From: the human T2T-CHM13v2.0 reference genome, Homo sapiens
Assembly: GCF_009914755.1 (NCBI RefSeq)
Contig: NC_060933.1
Direction: 5' to 3' (one strand)
DNA: 64,000 bases
The notes under the pieces are model-generated. The model was not told the DNA's origin and ran no database searches. It saw only the letters and a program-made list of their open reading frames with translations. Below, piece after piece: positions 43,078 to 56,483 of the stretch (its first letter is position 1; each line of letters opens with the position of its first letter). The translations under genes were made by a program, and so were the position numbers.

Positions 43078-43116
43078 TGTATTAGTTGGGGTTCGCAGAG
43101 AAATAGAATCATTAGG

Positions 43117-43153
<37 letters not shown>

Positions 43154-43545
43154 CACATGCACATACATGTGTGTGTATGTAGAGAATTTTTTTTTAGGGG
43201 ATTGGCTCACAAGATTGTGGAGGTTGGCAAGTCTCAAATCTGCATTGCAGTCCTCCAGGCTGGAGCCCCAGAGAAGTGATGATATTGCAGCTGAGGTCCT
43301 AAGGCAGACTGGAGGCAAAATTTCTTCTTGGCATACTCAATCTTTTTTTCTTAAGACCTTCAACTGATTATATGAGGCCCACATACATTTTGGTGGGTAG
43401 TTTGCTTTACCAAAAGTCTACTGAGTTAAATCTTAATCAAATTTAAACAATATCTTTATAGCAACATCTTGACTGATACTTGACAGAACATCGGGGCACC
43501 ACCATTATAATCTAGTCAAATTGACACATAGAAGTAACCATCACA
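43078..43545 (-). mobile_element. MLT2C/D ERVL solo LTR with an internal (TG)n
   Basis: TGTATTAG...AACCATCACA termini; near-TSD GCTAC/GCTGC. Confidence 0.82.
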
Positions 43546-43756
43546 GCTGCTTATTATGTTTCTATAGGGTAACTATAAGGTACCTATTTGTTCTATAGGG
43601 TACCAGTTCTATCTTATTTATGCTTTTTGTTCATAATAATATCATTATACCTAGAAAATAAAAAAATCATATAAAAGCTGATGCATAAGTGTGTGTTAAA
43701 ACCTAATTATTTGGTGTTTCCAGTTTTTAGAATTTTCCTGCTGGCAAAAATTTATC

Positions 43757-44401
43757 TGTAGACCCCGGATCAATACTTACAAGGCTTTCTCAGTCATTCA
43801 TAGACATGTATAGAGTGGCAGAAAATTTGAGTCACCCTGACATACACATTTCCAGTTGAAGTCTAGTAAGGCAATCTTCTGCCTTCTTGTTTCAATCCTC
43901 ATCCTGTAAACAAGTGTCTTTTTCAAAGTCTATCTAGTACCACATTTTTTACATTTTTGTACTCTTATAGTGTTTCTTTTTAAAATGACCCTCAAGTGTA
44001 GTGCTGAAGTGCTGGCTAATATTTTCATGATCAACAAGGCTATGATGTGCCTTACAGAAAAAATACGTGTGTTAGAAACACTTGATCAGGCATAAATTAT
44101 GTTGTTGACTCTGAGTCCACTGCTCTTGAGTCAACTATGTGTATATATGTATATGCATATGCATATATCCACACACACATACACACACACACATATACAT
44201 GTACATTCAATAATATGTCTTTAAACAGAAACACATATAAAATAAGGCTATGTGTTAATCAGCTGATGAAAATGTTGTGACCAGAGTCTTGTAGGAATCT
44301 AATCCTGTATTTTCCCTGGGAGTAATGCTTTACTATTCACCAATTTGGTGTTCATGGTGACTTTATAAAACCTAACTACTATGAATAAAGAGAATAGCCT
44401 A
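43757..44401 (-). mobile_element. MER82 (TcMar-Tigger) DNA transposon
   Basis: CTGCCTTCTTGTTTCA..GTGTAGTGCTGAAGTGCTG..GATGTGCCTTACAGAAAAAATACGTGTGTTAGA..CCTGTATTTTCCCTGGGAG..GAATAAAGAGAAT. Confidence 0.75.
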
Positions 44402-45176
44402 TAGAAATTCATTTTCTAATTGCATTAATGTTATCTATGTGTGCTTAACGTGTATCATTGTGAGTTTCAGAAACAATTTACTCCACGTACACTGTGGAAA
44501 AAAAATAAGTGGGTAGCATACATCCAAGGTTTATAGGTGAAGTGTTTCCGCAGAGGATTCCAAAAGGACATTTATGACAGAATTAGCTTATCTCAATGTC
44601 ACGAGTATGTAAGACATTAATGAAAGATTTTTAATATATTCAAATTTTTGACTTAGAATTTTAGTTAGATGTTGAGGGAGCATCGTGTCACCTTCCACCA
44701 CTCCCAGGCAAATTGAGTAATGTTATAGAGAAACCAATATGAAATTTGACACATCTTTGGGAATTTGGAAGATGTAGAGATGGTACCTGGAATGAAAGTC
44801 TGAGAGTTACAGGCTTTGACTAGAGTGATCTGTGATAGCAGAACAGGGTGAGTGAGGCCTGTTTGGAAGAGACCAAGCACTTTCACTAACTATACAGTGA
44901 ACCAGCCATGAGTTATTATAAACCATCCTGCCCTAGAGAGTTTCATACTGAGGGGAATTAAGGGGAACTTATGGTCACTATTGATTAATGCACCATGGGC
45001 ATGAAGGAACCATAGGTGGAGGCCATCATCAAGGACCTCTTCAAAAAACATACACAAAGTTCCTCATTATAGAAAAAAATATTCATTTGAGCATACATGA
45101 CACAGGGCACTGATTTTCAGGATGCAACTGTAAGACCTTTATGCTCCCTTCCTCTTTCTTCAGGAAGAACTTAGTA

Positions 45177-45688
45177 TGTTTCAACTATCTATTAATAGTG
45201 TGTAACAAATAACCTCCAGACTGACTGGCTTAAATCAGCAACTACTTACTATTTCTATGATTCTGTGAGTGTTAGAGGCTCAGCTGAAAGGCATTTACTG
45301 ATATCACCTGGGGTCAATCAAGGGGTTGCCGTCAGATGAAAACTCAAGTAGAAAGCTAAGATGCCTTCTTCCTTCTCATGCCTGCTGCCTCAGTGCTTCA
45401 CCATTTGGTCTCTTTATCCATGTATTGTTTCTGTCCAGTAGTGTGAACTTCTTACATGACAGCTCAAAGCACCAAGAACGCAAAGTAGGAAGGCACTGGT
45501 CCTTCTTAAGGCTGAGGTCTGGAACTGACAGTGTCACTTCTGCCATATTATATTGGTTAATTCAAGTTCCAAGACTAATCCCACATTTATGGAAAGGAAA
45601 ACAATTTCTACTTCTTGATGTGGGAAGCAGAATGTGTGTATAGGGAGGAGAGGGAAAGTTGGGGGCATTTTTGAAGACACACTATTAT
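45177..45688 (-). mobile_element. Old MLT1 (H/I/J-like) MaLR LTR
   Basis: TGTGTAACAAATAACCTCC..GGCTTAAA..CTTCTTACATGACAGCTC..CAGTGTCACTTCTGCCATAT. Confidence 0.65.
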
Positions 45689-48214
45689 GCAAAGTTTCTT
45701 TAGCGAATGGAAATAAAGAATAGGTTAATAAGAAGAAAAACTAGTAAAAAATGTGAACATCTAAACAACATCAAACACACAAAAACACATACACTCACAC
45801 AATTACATGCATTCACCCATCACCAAAGCACATTCCCTAGTGTGAGGTATGCCAGAGATGGGAGAAATTTTATATAAGTGAGAAAGTCGAGCATTGATAT
45901 TAAGTAAATTGAAGAATTATAATGCACAGAAAATATAGATTGCTAATAATCCAGAAACCTAACGCAAAATTTAAGGTATCTATATTTATATTAATCATAG
46001 GTAAGGAATACAATTTTTAAGAAGTTTTAAGTCAGAATTCTGGATATTTAAAACTATTGTAAATTCACCCTTTCTAATGGCAGGTAATTCAATAAACCAA
46101 TTCATTATAAATACTTAAAGTTTTCATTGCCTCAATCTCAGGACCCTTCATAGAGAAAACCAAATATATTTCTCATTAATTTTCTAAACATGTCATTCCC
46201 TTTGATGACATATATCTCCATACTAACCTAAGCCTCCACACAGCATAGTCTCATTGCTTATTTTTTTCTTTTTAAGACTTTATTTGCTACTATTTTTTAT
46301 TTTTCCTTCTATAGTCAGCAAATGTTTTATTACCTCCTTGAGATCCCTCACATTTTTCTGATTTTCAATATGACAAATATATAGGTATGTTTCATCCATA
46401 AGTACATTCTTCTCTATTGGACTAACCTAAGTTAGCCCTGCATGCTTAATTAGAGAATAAATTTTAGGGTTTTAAATCTCAAGTTTTCCAACCTTAAATG
46501 AAATAGATTTGAGCACATACTCAGGATTTCATATTTATTCAATGATTGATATTTTGAACCACAACTCAAAATCATTGTAAAGAATATGCAATAAGGGAAT
46601 ACTTTGGCAACTTTTGAAAGTATTATTTGAGTGGCTGTACTCTGAGCTTTTCACAATTTCAATGCCTGTAGAGAATTTACTTGAAAAAAACGAAATGATG
46701 AAAACTTCGATATATTAGTGGGCTGAATTTTTAAGCTGTATATTTTTTAGCAACACAAATTACCTAGAGGAATTCTAAATCCTCCAAAGCACATTGGCAA
46801 TATTTCCCAGATCTGGAATTATGCTTGCATTATTAATACATTCACGTAATTTATATGTTTTTATGAATATTTCTGTATGTGTTTTATAGCCTCAGGAAAT
46901 GCACAAATAATAAGATGAAGTAAATTAAAATTAAGGCATTAATGATGTCAAAATAAATGTTCTCTCGACAAAATATGGTTATATATGTAAACTTTGTGGA
47001 GATATAGCAAGTATTTGAAAAGCAAATAAAATTCTTACAAATTTTTCTTCCTATGATAGAATAGTGTATGCCAATTGTAGAAATCTCTTAAAATGAGAGA
47101 CTTCAAAGTAAGGGACTTTAATTCAGAATATAAACACATATTTGGTAGCAAATATTAAATAAATCAGTAAGCTTATTATTAATCCAGCCATTCATTCATC
47201 CATCCATCAGTCTATATCTTCATTCATTGATCTCTTCCTGGAAATATAAATACATAGGTTAGCCTCACTCTCTAAAGGTAATAGTTTGGTGCATAGTTGA
47301 GGCAATAATTTGTGCACACTCTTCTTCAAAAAAAAACATACACTATCCAGTTCTTGTGGTTTTATTTTTTTGTATTGCCTATCTGCATTTATCTTACATA
47401 TATTTGTATTTTAATTTTGTAAAAACATGAATAAAAAGAGAGAGAACACTTATGCCTATGAATAGTTGGCACTGAACAAGAGTATGTTGAACGTAGAGGT
47501 GTATGTGGGTATGCTATTTATACTGTAATAAAGATATTATAATAACAGGAAAATAAGAAGGAATCTCCTTTGTGAAGAAATAGAGAACCACAAGAGGTAG
47601 GCTTAGAATTACCATTATCAAATTGAACACCCAATTTCCATAAATGAGACTAATTTGATCATCAGATGTATCTTATTCTGTAAGGCTTTATTCAAATTTC
47701 ACAATGATACCAGAAAATTAGACAACAAATTTTAAAAATAAATTATTTTTGCACAAGGACAAAGTGTTTTGGTTTACTCTAATACCTCTGCTTATGAAAG
47801 ATACTGGGACATAATGTATTACTGTATTTGTTGCATTCATTACTATTTTTAAAGAACAGTCTTAAAAGTGAGATCTCCAAACTGGATATGTTCATCTGGA
47901 AGCATTTCAATCAGTCTGTGTTCTGACAAAGAAATGCAGACCTGCCCGTTTTTACATGCAAAGGACCCAAAAGCTAGAACATGGGAATCCCATCTGAGTC
48001 TACAGATAAATGAATTGAAATGCAAGATATTAAATGATCATCTTAGAGATATTCAGTTAAATTTCACAACATTTTGTAACATGACAGTAGTGTATTAAAA
48101 TGATAATGGTAAGATATTGCCAACAATATTTCATAAAACAGAAATGTGTGATCTGACAAATAAGACAATTCCTTAAAGTGAATAAATTGAATTTTCTAAA
48201 TACTCCCTGCATAA

Positions 48215-49535
48215 GAAACCAGCCTTTGGTAACCACCATTTTAATTTCGACTTCCATGAGATCAACGTTTTAGCTCACACATATGAGTGAAGACATGTTA
48301 TATTAATATTTGTCTTTCTGTGCCTGGCTTATTTAATGTAACATGATGACTTCCAGTTCCATCCATTTCGCTGAAAATTACAGAATTTTATTCTTTTTAT
48401 GGCTAAATGATATTCCATTATGTATATTTATAACAGTTTTTTTAATCCATTCATCTGTTGATGGGTACTTAGGTTGATTCCATATTTTGGCTATTTTGAA
48501 TAGTGCTGCAGTAAACATGGTAGCACAGATATCTATTACATATATCATTTTCTCTTATTTTGGATATACATCCACCAATGGAGATTGCTGGATCATATGG
48601 TCATTGGTTCTATTTTCAATTTTTTGAGAGGCCTCTATATGGTTTTACTGATTTACATTAGTAATGTAATAATACATAGGCTGTACTAATTCACATTACC
48701 ACCAGCAGTGTATGAGCATTCCACTTTCAATGCATCTTGGCAGCATGGGTCATTTTTTGTCTCTTTTATTTTTACTGGCAGCAGATGATATCTTAAAGTT
48801 CTTTGATTTGCATTTATCTGATGATAAATAATGTTAAACACATTTTCATATATCTCTTGGCAATTTGTATGTCTTTTTCTTTTTGAGAAATGTCTATTCA
48901 GGTCCTTTTCCTATTTTTTAAGAGGAGGATATTTGTTTATTTGCTTTTGAGTTATTTGAGTTCCTTATATATTATGATTATTAATTTCTTTTCAGGTGGA
49001 TAGTTTGCAAATATTTTCTCCCATTTTGTAGGTTTACTCTTCACTTTGTTGATTGTTTCCTTTGTTGTGCACAAGTTTTTTAGTTTGATGTGTAATATCA
49101 TTTGTTAATTTTTGCTTTGGTTGCTGGTGCTTTTGAGGTCTTACTCAAAACACTTTTCCCTGGACCCATGTCTTGAAGCATTTTCCCAATGTTTTCCCCT
49201 GGTCGTTTTACAGTTTCAAGCCTGATATTTAAGTTTTTAATTCATTTTGAGTGGTATTTTTATATGGTGAGAGATAAGGATCTAGTTCCATTCTTCTGCA
49301 TGTGGATATCCAGTTTTCCCAGCACCATTTATTGGAACGACTGTCATTTCCCCAATGTATGTTCTTGATCTGTTTGTCAAAATGGGTTAACTGTCAATAT
49401 GTGGATTTATTTTTGTGTTTTATATTCTGTTCTATTGGTCTATGTGTCTGTTTTATACCAGTACCATGCTATTTTCTTTACTATAGCTTTGTAGTATATT
49501 TTGAAATCAGGTAGTGTGACACATTTAGCTTTGAC
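48215..49535 (-). mobile_element. L1MA-type 3' fragment
   Basis: GGTAACCACCATT..ATGAGATCAAC 3'UTR; antisense ORF2 to TTTTGAAATCAGGTAGTGTGA. Confidence 0.85.
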
Positions 49536-49712
49536 TGTTGAATGCATATATGAAGTCATCTGAAAGTACATATTCCTGTATCAAGGAGACGAATAAGTAG
49601 AAAACTTATATTTATATATTTATTTCATCAAAACTACAAAAATTTCATTGCCTATTTCAGCTACCTCCTTGATAACTGCAGGGAATATATTTGTGAGCCA
49701 AAAAGACAAATT

Positions 49713-49995
49713 TGTCTTAGCATTGTACTGGTATAAAACAGACACATAGACCGAAATCAAGATGCCAGCAGATTTAGTGTCTGGTGAGAGCCTGTTCCTC
49801 ATGGATGATGCCCTCTATGTGTTATCACATGGTAGAAGGGGAAAACAAACACTGTTGAATCTCTTTTATGAGAACACTGGTCTCATTCATCCCTTATAGC
49901 CTAATCACCTTGTAAAGGCCTCCATCCCTCAAAACTATTCTATTGGGAATTAGATTTCAACACATGAATTAAAGGGAAACAATCAGGCCATAGAA
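49713..49995 (-). mobile_element. MST (MSTC/D-like) MaLR LTR with a deletion replaced by an inverted L1 snippet
   Basis: TGTCTTAG terminus, 35-bp foreign insert, then ATCAAGATGCCAGCAGATTTAGTGTCTGGTGAGAGCCTGTTCCTC..TTTCAACACATGAATT. Confidence 0.75.
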
Positions 49996-50267
49996 AGTGC
50001 CATCATAGCTCTTCTCAGGTAAGTTTTCCAAGACGAAACCAGGAAACCAGGATAAATAACAATAGAAGTGAAAGGGTCTTCAAAGAAGGTTTTTGGGACA
50101 TAATACTTTAAGGACTCCAAGATTAAGTACACAAAATCAAATCACCAATGGAAATAATGGTAAATTTTATTGTGTGTATAGTGTTTTATCATTTTCCAAG
50201 GACTTTCTCTTATTTCATGTAACCTTCTTATTTCATGTAATCTCCACAAATACACTGTGAATTAGCT

Positions 50268-50540
50268 TGGGGTGGGGCTTTTGAGAAGTAATTATGTTAT
50301 GAGGGTAGAACCCTGACAAATGCAATTAGTTCACTCTGAAAGAGACCCCTTGTCCCTCCTACTATGTCAGTACATGACAAAAATATTTTGGTCTATAAAC
50401 CAGGAGGCTGGTTCTCATCAGATTTCTCCTGGGGCCTTGATTTGGACTTTCTAGCCTCCAGAACTGTCAGCAATAATTTTCCATTGTTTACAAACCACTC
50501 AGTTTATGGTATTTTATTGTAGAAGCCAGTAGGACTAAGG
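50268..50540 (+). mobile_element. MLT1A-like LTR fragment inside a MIR
   Basis: GGTGGGGCTTTTGAGAAGTAATT..GCCTTGATTTGGACTTTCTAGCCTCCAGAACTGT..GGACTAAG; MIR-like flanks (AAATCTGAGGTTTGAGAA). Confidence 0.7.
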
Positions 50541-51705
50541 AGAAATCTGAGGTTTGAGAAAATTAAACTACTTATCTAAACAAGGCCCAGAAGTCTGACC
50601 TTCAAAACCAACCAAGACTTGTTCCTTTGTATCTCACATTGCCTCATCACCCAGAATCTTCCTTCTTTCATTCCCAAGGATGAATAGGGCAGGGTAGGGA
50701 TGAGAGAAGTGTCTTAGGTTTTGATGTCTTTCCCGTGACCTTCTTCTCTGAGTTTTTTTTTTTTTTTTCCCAAGGGCAATTTAGTATAATAGACATTCAA
50801 GAATAATAAAACTATGGTTCACCTTTGGAAAGGGCCTTTGGGGAGAGGATAGCATAATTATCAATACATTCTTTATCTCCATTTCATTGCCTTTGTATTA
50901 ATACTGAAACACAGGACAAGAATGAAGGCAGGGAACCAAATCTCCATCTCCCTTTTCTCAACACCTTCAGTTTTCATGAATAATATTCCTTTCTACTGTG
51001 ACTTAGTGGATCTTTTCATCTTTCCCTGCTATTCATTTTTAAAGTAGATAAGATACTTTCTATTTTTTTTTTTCATCTTTAAAAAGTTCCAAGAAGGGTT
51101 TTGTGGATATGGTCCTCAATGAGCTTTTAGTCAAAAATTCTCTGCTAAAAAGTGTGCGGAATATCAGACCAATATGTACATGTGTACTCCATATGATAAC
51201 ATTCTGCTTCTTCTTGGGCTCTAGCATCTGATCACAGCAATTCTCAGCATTGCTCTACAGGTCAGACAGAACACAAAGACATGATTCATGTCAGGGGACA
51301 TCTGAGATGAGATGATAAATGTTGAGCGGATATGTTCGGAAACATTGTTCTCCTGAAGGAGCCCCTAAATCTTATAATCTGTCACCTGAATCTCTGTTTG
51401 AAATGTATTCTGAAGGCCTCTGCTAAACCAAAATAGGTGGTCCATGAGTTTCACATCTAATTAATAGTCCTTACTCTAGTATCTTCCCTGCCCAACCTAT
51501 TCTTTGAGATTCTGTTCTACTCTATCCCAAGAGTTCTGTTCTTAGGTGTCTCCCTGGACCAATGTCATTGAGGAAGTAATTGAATGCGTATGTTTCACAA
51601 ACATAAGCGATGCCTAATTTCTCTTTTGAGAGTGAGTCAATAAAGGAAGGTGCTCTGCCAAACACAGGAGGAAGATGAGTTCCATGTGAGCTCAGCATGG
51701 AGCAC

Positions 51706-52147
51706 TGTATTAGGGTTCTCTAGAGGGACAGAACTAATAGGAGATACATATACTTATATACATGGGAGTTTATTATTAACTCACACTATCACAAGGTCCC
51801 ATAATAGACCATCCACAAGCTGAAGAGCAAGGAAAGTGAGTCCGAGTCTCAAAACTGAAGAACTTGGAGTCCGATGTTTCAGGGCAGGAAGCATACTGCA
51901 CACGAGAAAGATGTAGGCTGGGAAGCTAGGCCAGTCTAGCCTTTTGGTGTTTTTCTGCCTACTTTATATACTGGCCATTCTGGTAGCTGATTAGATGGTG
52001 CCCACCCAGATTAAGGGTGGGTCTGCCTTTCCCAGCCCACTGATTCAAATGTTAATTTCGTTTGGCAATACCCTCACAGACACACGCAGGACCAATACTT
52101 TGCATCCTTCAATCCAATCAAGTTGACACTCAGTATTAACCATCACA
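51706..52147 (-). mobile_element. MLT2A (A1/A2) HERV-L solo LTR
   Basis: TGTATTAGGGTTCTCTAGAGGGACAGAACTAATAGG...CAATCCAATCAAGTTGACACTCAGTATTAACCATCACA. Confidence 0.9.
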
Positions 52148-52692
52148 GACACTGATACTCCTTAGACAAAAGAGATGCTTCTCCCATATCTGAAGTGAAG
52201 TGCTGTTCATCACTGGGAACTGGAATCTGGGAAAGTGTGCTCCAGCCCAGAATTCTAGTCTCATAACCCAGAGCTCTGGAATATTCAGAATGGGTTTTTG
52301 AAGATGAAGAAAGGGACACAAAGAGGAAAATGTACTCTCAGCATTTCCTCTGACCACGTAGGCTATAAGAGCCCTTTACTCCACCCATATCCCATGCCTG
52401 TCAATCTCTCCATCCTGCCCATGCCTTTCTATTTTGTGAATCTATCCTATAATCCCACTGTCTATCTGTATTAATGTAAATGTATTTTTATTTTACTCCT
52501 AATGTAGATATAGCTGATTGCGCCATTACTCTTTGAGATCTTGGCTTGGACTCTACCACGTTCATGATCTTCGAAAGCCTGGATTTTTCTCAGGAATTTT
52601 TGAAAAGTCCTGTGGATTTATATCCAGAATCACCTCTCTGCCCTCTACTCCAGTTTCTCCATATTATCTTTTTGTCTTGCATACACTTAGGT

Positions 52693-52931
52693 CAGGGTAT
52701 CTCAGTCTTGAGACTTGTGACATTTGGGGCCTGGAAATTAGTAATTGGGAATGGGAAGTGGTGTCCTGTGCATTGCAGGATGTTTAGCAGCATCCTTGGC
52801 CTCTATTTATTATATGACAGTAGCATTTCCCCTCCTCAAAAAAAAAAAAAAGAAAAAAAAAAGGTATCTGAAGATATTGCCAAATGTGCCCAGGAAGAGG
52901 GAGATGGATTCTTAGTTGAGAAATAGTGACT
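52693..52931 (-). mobile_element. MER20 hAT-Charlie element
   Basis: TGTCCTGTGCATTGCAGGATGTTTAGCAGCATCCTTGGCCTCTA..ATTGCCAAATGT..GTTGAGAA. Confidence 0.82.
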
Positions 52932-54408
52932 CTCTATTAAATGTTGGCAGCTCCCTAACCAATTTTCCTCTAATAGTCTGCTTTAACAAAAGAAGAATTC
53001 TTCAGACTTGCACCTTTTATTATTGAGATTACACAGCAGGCCACTTAGCAAGCAATTTAAAGAACCTCCTTTTTTTAAAATTCTTTTTCTCCCCTAATCC
53101 CTTTTGAGCTGCTCTGCCCTGAAGGCTGTCAGATGTTTCTCTCCTCCCATGAAGTGCCCCACCCTGCTGATAGCTGGCTCTTCTCTCCTAGGATGTCGCG
53201 GCGCTCACCACACATTTGATCTTCCTTTATCATGCACAGCAATTCAGCTCTCCCTTGTCCACACTGCAAACTCTCTCACTCAAGCCCACTCCAATTTAGT
53301 AGGAGATGATTTCTTTTTAACTTCTTTAAAAACAGTTGGGATTACATATAGCAAAACTTGGTTTTTTTGAATCATATCCATGACAATTCCCTTTCTGAAG
53401 GGTTTCCTTATTCACTTTTCTAAATTTTCACTCAATTCCCTATTGATCACTCATCAGTGTAAAAAAAATCATTTTTGTGGATGATGTGTATGAATGTGTA
53501 TGTGTGTACATGTATATATATATTTGTGTGTATTTTTTCCCCATGCTAGCCAGGCATGTCACCAAATTATACTCCCAGCTTCATCTTTAAGATTATGAAA
53601 TGCTAAATTTAAGCACTACGGTTCATTGTTTTCTTTTATCTTCCCACATTTCACTGCTGAGCCTAATGGGCTAGTCTTGGTCCACGACATATAATGCTTT
53701 CCTTGTCAATTTTCTCTGCATCACCAGCTTCTCTGTCTCACCCTCCACAAATTCTCTATCTCTGACACTGTCAGTTATGCATGCCTCAATTGTTGCCCTG
53801 ATAGGCTCTAAACAGTCACAAGAATCTATATGCAAAAAAAATCAAAATTTTGAGCAAACATATACTCCAGAATTATAATTTGCTTGTGTGAAGAAGGGAC
53901 CTTATAAATTGCCCTTTGACTAAATTTTCCCAAACCTCAATGACATTTAAAAGACAAACAAAGAAAAGAAAGGAAAAAGAAAAGCTGCCGTGGAAAAAAT
54001 AAAGAGACTCCAGAGACAGGAAAGTCAAATATAACATGGAAGTCTACTTGATCATGTGGTGACTGGAAAAGCAGACCAAAAAGTCAACCAAAAACTTATA
54101 GGCATTACAGTGTAAATTGAAAAAGATTTAATACATACATATAAGAGATGAGATAACATTTTGTATAAATTTTAAATGTGTAGATTATGTATACACTGGT
54201 TATATATAAGGGACCATCTTTCTGTTTTTATAATACAGACACTAGTATTTAGAGATAAAGGACTTCTATATGTAAGTTATAAAATTACGTATTTATGTTG
54301 TGATAGAGAAAATGATAGCAAACTAGGGTGCACAAGGGAGAAAGGTTAAAAATTGGAAAATTTAGGTAATGAGTATATATGGGTATTCCTTACCATGTTT
54401 ACAAATAA

Positions 54409-54635
54409 ATTTTTCTTTTTACATTTTTATTGTTTAGAAACAGAGTCTTCCACTGTTGCCAAGTTCTCATGGAGTGGCAAGATCATAGCTCATTGTAACC
54501 TGGAACTCCTGGGCTCAAGTGATCCTCCTGCCTCAGCTTCTTGAATGGCTATGACTATAGGCAGGCAACACCATGCCTGGCTAATTTTTTAAATTTGTTT
54601 GTAGAGATGGGATCTCATGATGTTGCTCAGGCTGG
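54409..54635 (-). mobile_element. Truncated AluJ
   Basis: GATCATAGCTCATTG..AACTCCTGGGCTCAAGTGATCCTCC; ends at GTTGCTCAGGCTGGT. Confidence 0.82.
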
Positions 54636-54659
54636 TAGTTCTCAAGCTTTATGTCACTC

Positions 54660-55555
54660 TACAAATAAGAAAAACAAAGTCAACGATAAAAATAATACTA
54701 ATAACTTTATTCAACTATAGGCAAAATATTTCATTAGCCATGTTTCTAAAGAAGGTATGTAAATGACCGATAAGCACAGGGGTAGATGCTCAATATTACT
54801 AATAATTAGAAAAGTGCCAATCAAAACAAAACCACAATTAATTATCACCCCACACACATTAGAATAGCTGCTTAAAAACAAACAAACAAAAATAGAAAAT
54901 AACAATTATTGGCACGGATGTGGAAAACTTAGAAAATTAGGACCTTTGTGCATAGCTGGGAATGTAATGTGGTACATATTTCCTCTATAGAAAATAGTAT
55001 GGCAGTTTCATAAAAAATTAGAAGTAGAATTATCATATGATGCAACAATTTCACATCTGAATATACACCCAAAAGAACTGAAAGCATGTTCTCAAATACA
55101 TAGTTGTACTCATGTTTATAGCAGCATTATTAACATGAAACAAAATGTGGTAGCAACTCTCATGTCCATCAGCAGTTAACTGGCTAAGCAAAATGTGACA
55201 TATGCAGTTAATGGAATATTATTCAGCCTTAAGAAAATGTTGACAGATGCTACAACATGGATAAACCTTGCAGACATTATGCTGAGTGATATAAGCCGAA
55301 TACGTTATGATTCCACTTATGCGAAGTACTGAGAGTGGTAAAATTCATAGAGATAGAAAGTAGAATGGTGGTTGTCAGGGACTATAACAACCACTGCGTA
55401 GTTTTACAAGCTGAAAAGAGTTCTGGAGATGAGTGGTGGTGATGGCTGCACAATAATGTAAATGTACTTCATAGGGCTGAACTGTCCAGTTACAAATGGT
55501 GAAAGCAGCATATTTTATGTTATTAAATATGTGCATTTATCACAATTTAAAAAAT
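54660..55555 (+). mobile_element. L1MB-type 3' fragment
   Basis: AATCAAAACAAAACCACA..ACCCAAAAGAACTGAAAGCA..AGTAGAATGGTGGTTG..GATGGCTGCACAATAATG..CACAATTTAAAAAA. Confidence 0.85.
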
Positions 55556-55837
55556 CATAACCAATCAACTTTTTCTTTTCAAGAGGCACAGACCATATTT
55601 TAACTTTATTAAGTTTTCAAATATTCAAATATTTACAAAATCTTAGGAAAAAATAAGATGAATACCCATATACTCATCCCAATTTTAACAAGTATAATCA
55701 TTTTTTTATTTTTAAAACATTACTATAATGAAGCAGTTCAGTTGAACAGTGTATTCTCCATATTTTGGAGACAGGGCTAAGTCCCCTTACTCAAAGTTCT
55801 ACAACTGTAAAGCTCTAATCCTGTGACCTTCACCATC

Positions 55838-56222
55838 TGTGATAAGTTTAATTGTGTGTCCCCCGCAAAAAGATATGCAGAAATCCTAACTCTCATTGCC
55901 TCAGAAAGTGACCTTATGTTGAAATGAGTGTTTGAGATGAAATTACTTAAAATGTAGTCATCCTGATATAAGGTGGGCTCCTAATCTAATATGGCCACTG
56001 TCCTTACAGGAGGACAGATGAAGCCAGAGACAAAAGGAGTCCATGTGAAGATGGCAGCAAATATGGTAGTGAGGCTGCCACAAGCCTGAGACTCCAAGGA
56101 GTCAAAAGAGGCAGGAAAGGATTCTTTCCTTGAGGTTTCCAAGAGAATACCATCTGAGTGACTTTCTATTGTCTTACCCAATTTCTGGTAATTTGTTACA
56201 GCATCCCTAGGAAGCTAATACG
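55838..56222 (+). mobile_element. MLT1B/C MaLR LTR
   Basis: AATTGTGTGTCCCCC..AAGATATG..AGAGGCAGGAAAGGATTCT..GGTAATTTGTTACAGCA..GCTAATA. Confidence 0.8.
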
Positions 56223-56483
56223 CCATCTGAGAAACAGGCTATTCACATCTAATGTCCAAAATATTGGTGCCTGGCCCTTAGTGAGCTTTTGAGGTTTAGG
56301 GTTTCAGTTTGCTCTGTCGTCAGTTCTGTGGTGTGATTCAAATGAACTTCAACATAAAACACAAGGATGTCATCTGATGACAGGAATTTTCTTTCTATGC
56401 ACAATAGTATATTTTCTCAGTCACCTAGTAACAGTAGAACTTTAAAATGCAAATGTGGTTAAAAACTTCAGATCTCTATATTA

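Noticed and set aside
50016-50024. Perfect splice donor CAG|GTAAGT
   Set aside because: Isolated; no convincing paired acceptor or ORF.
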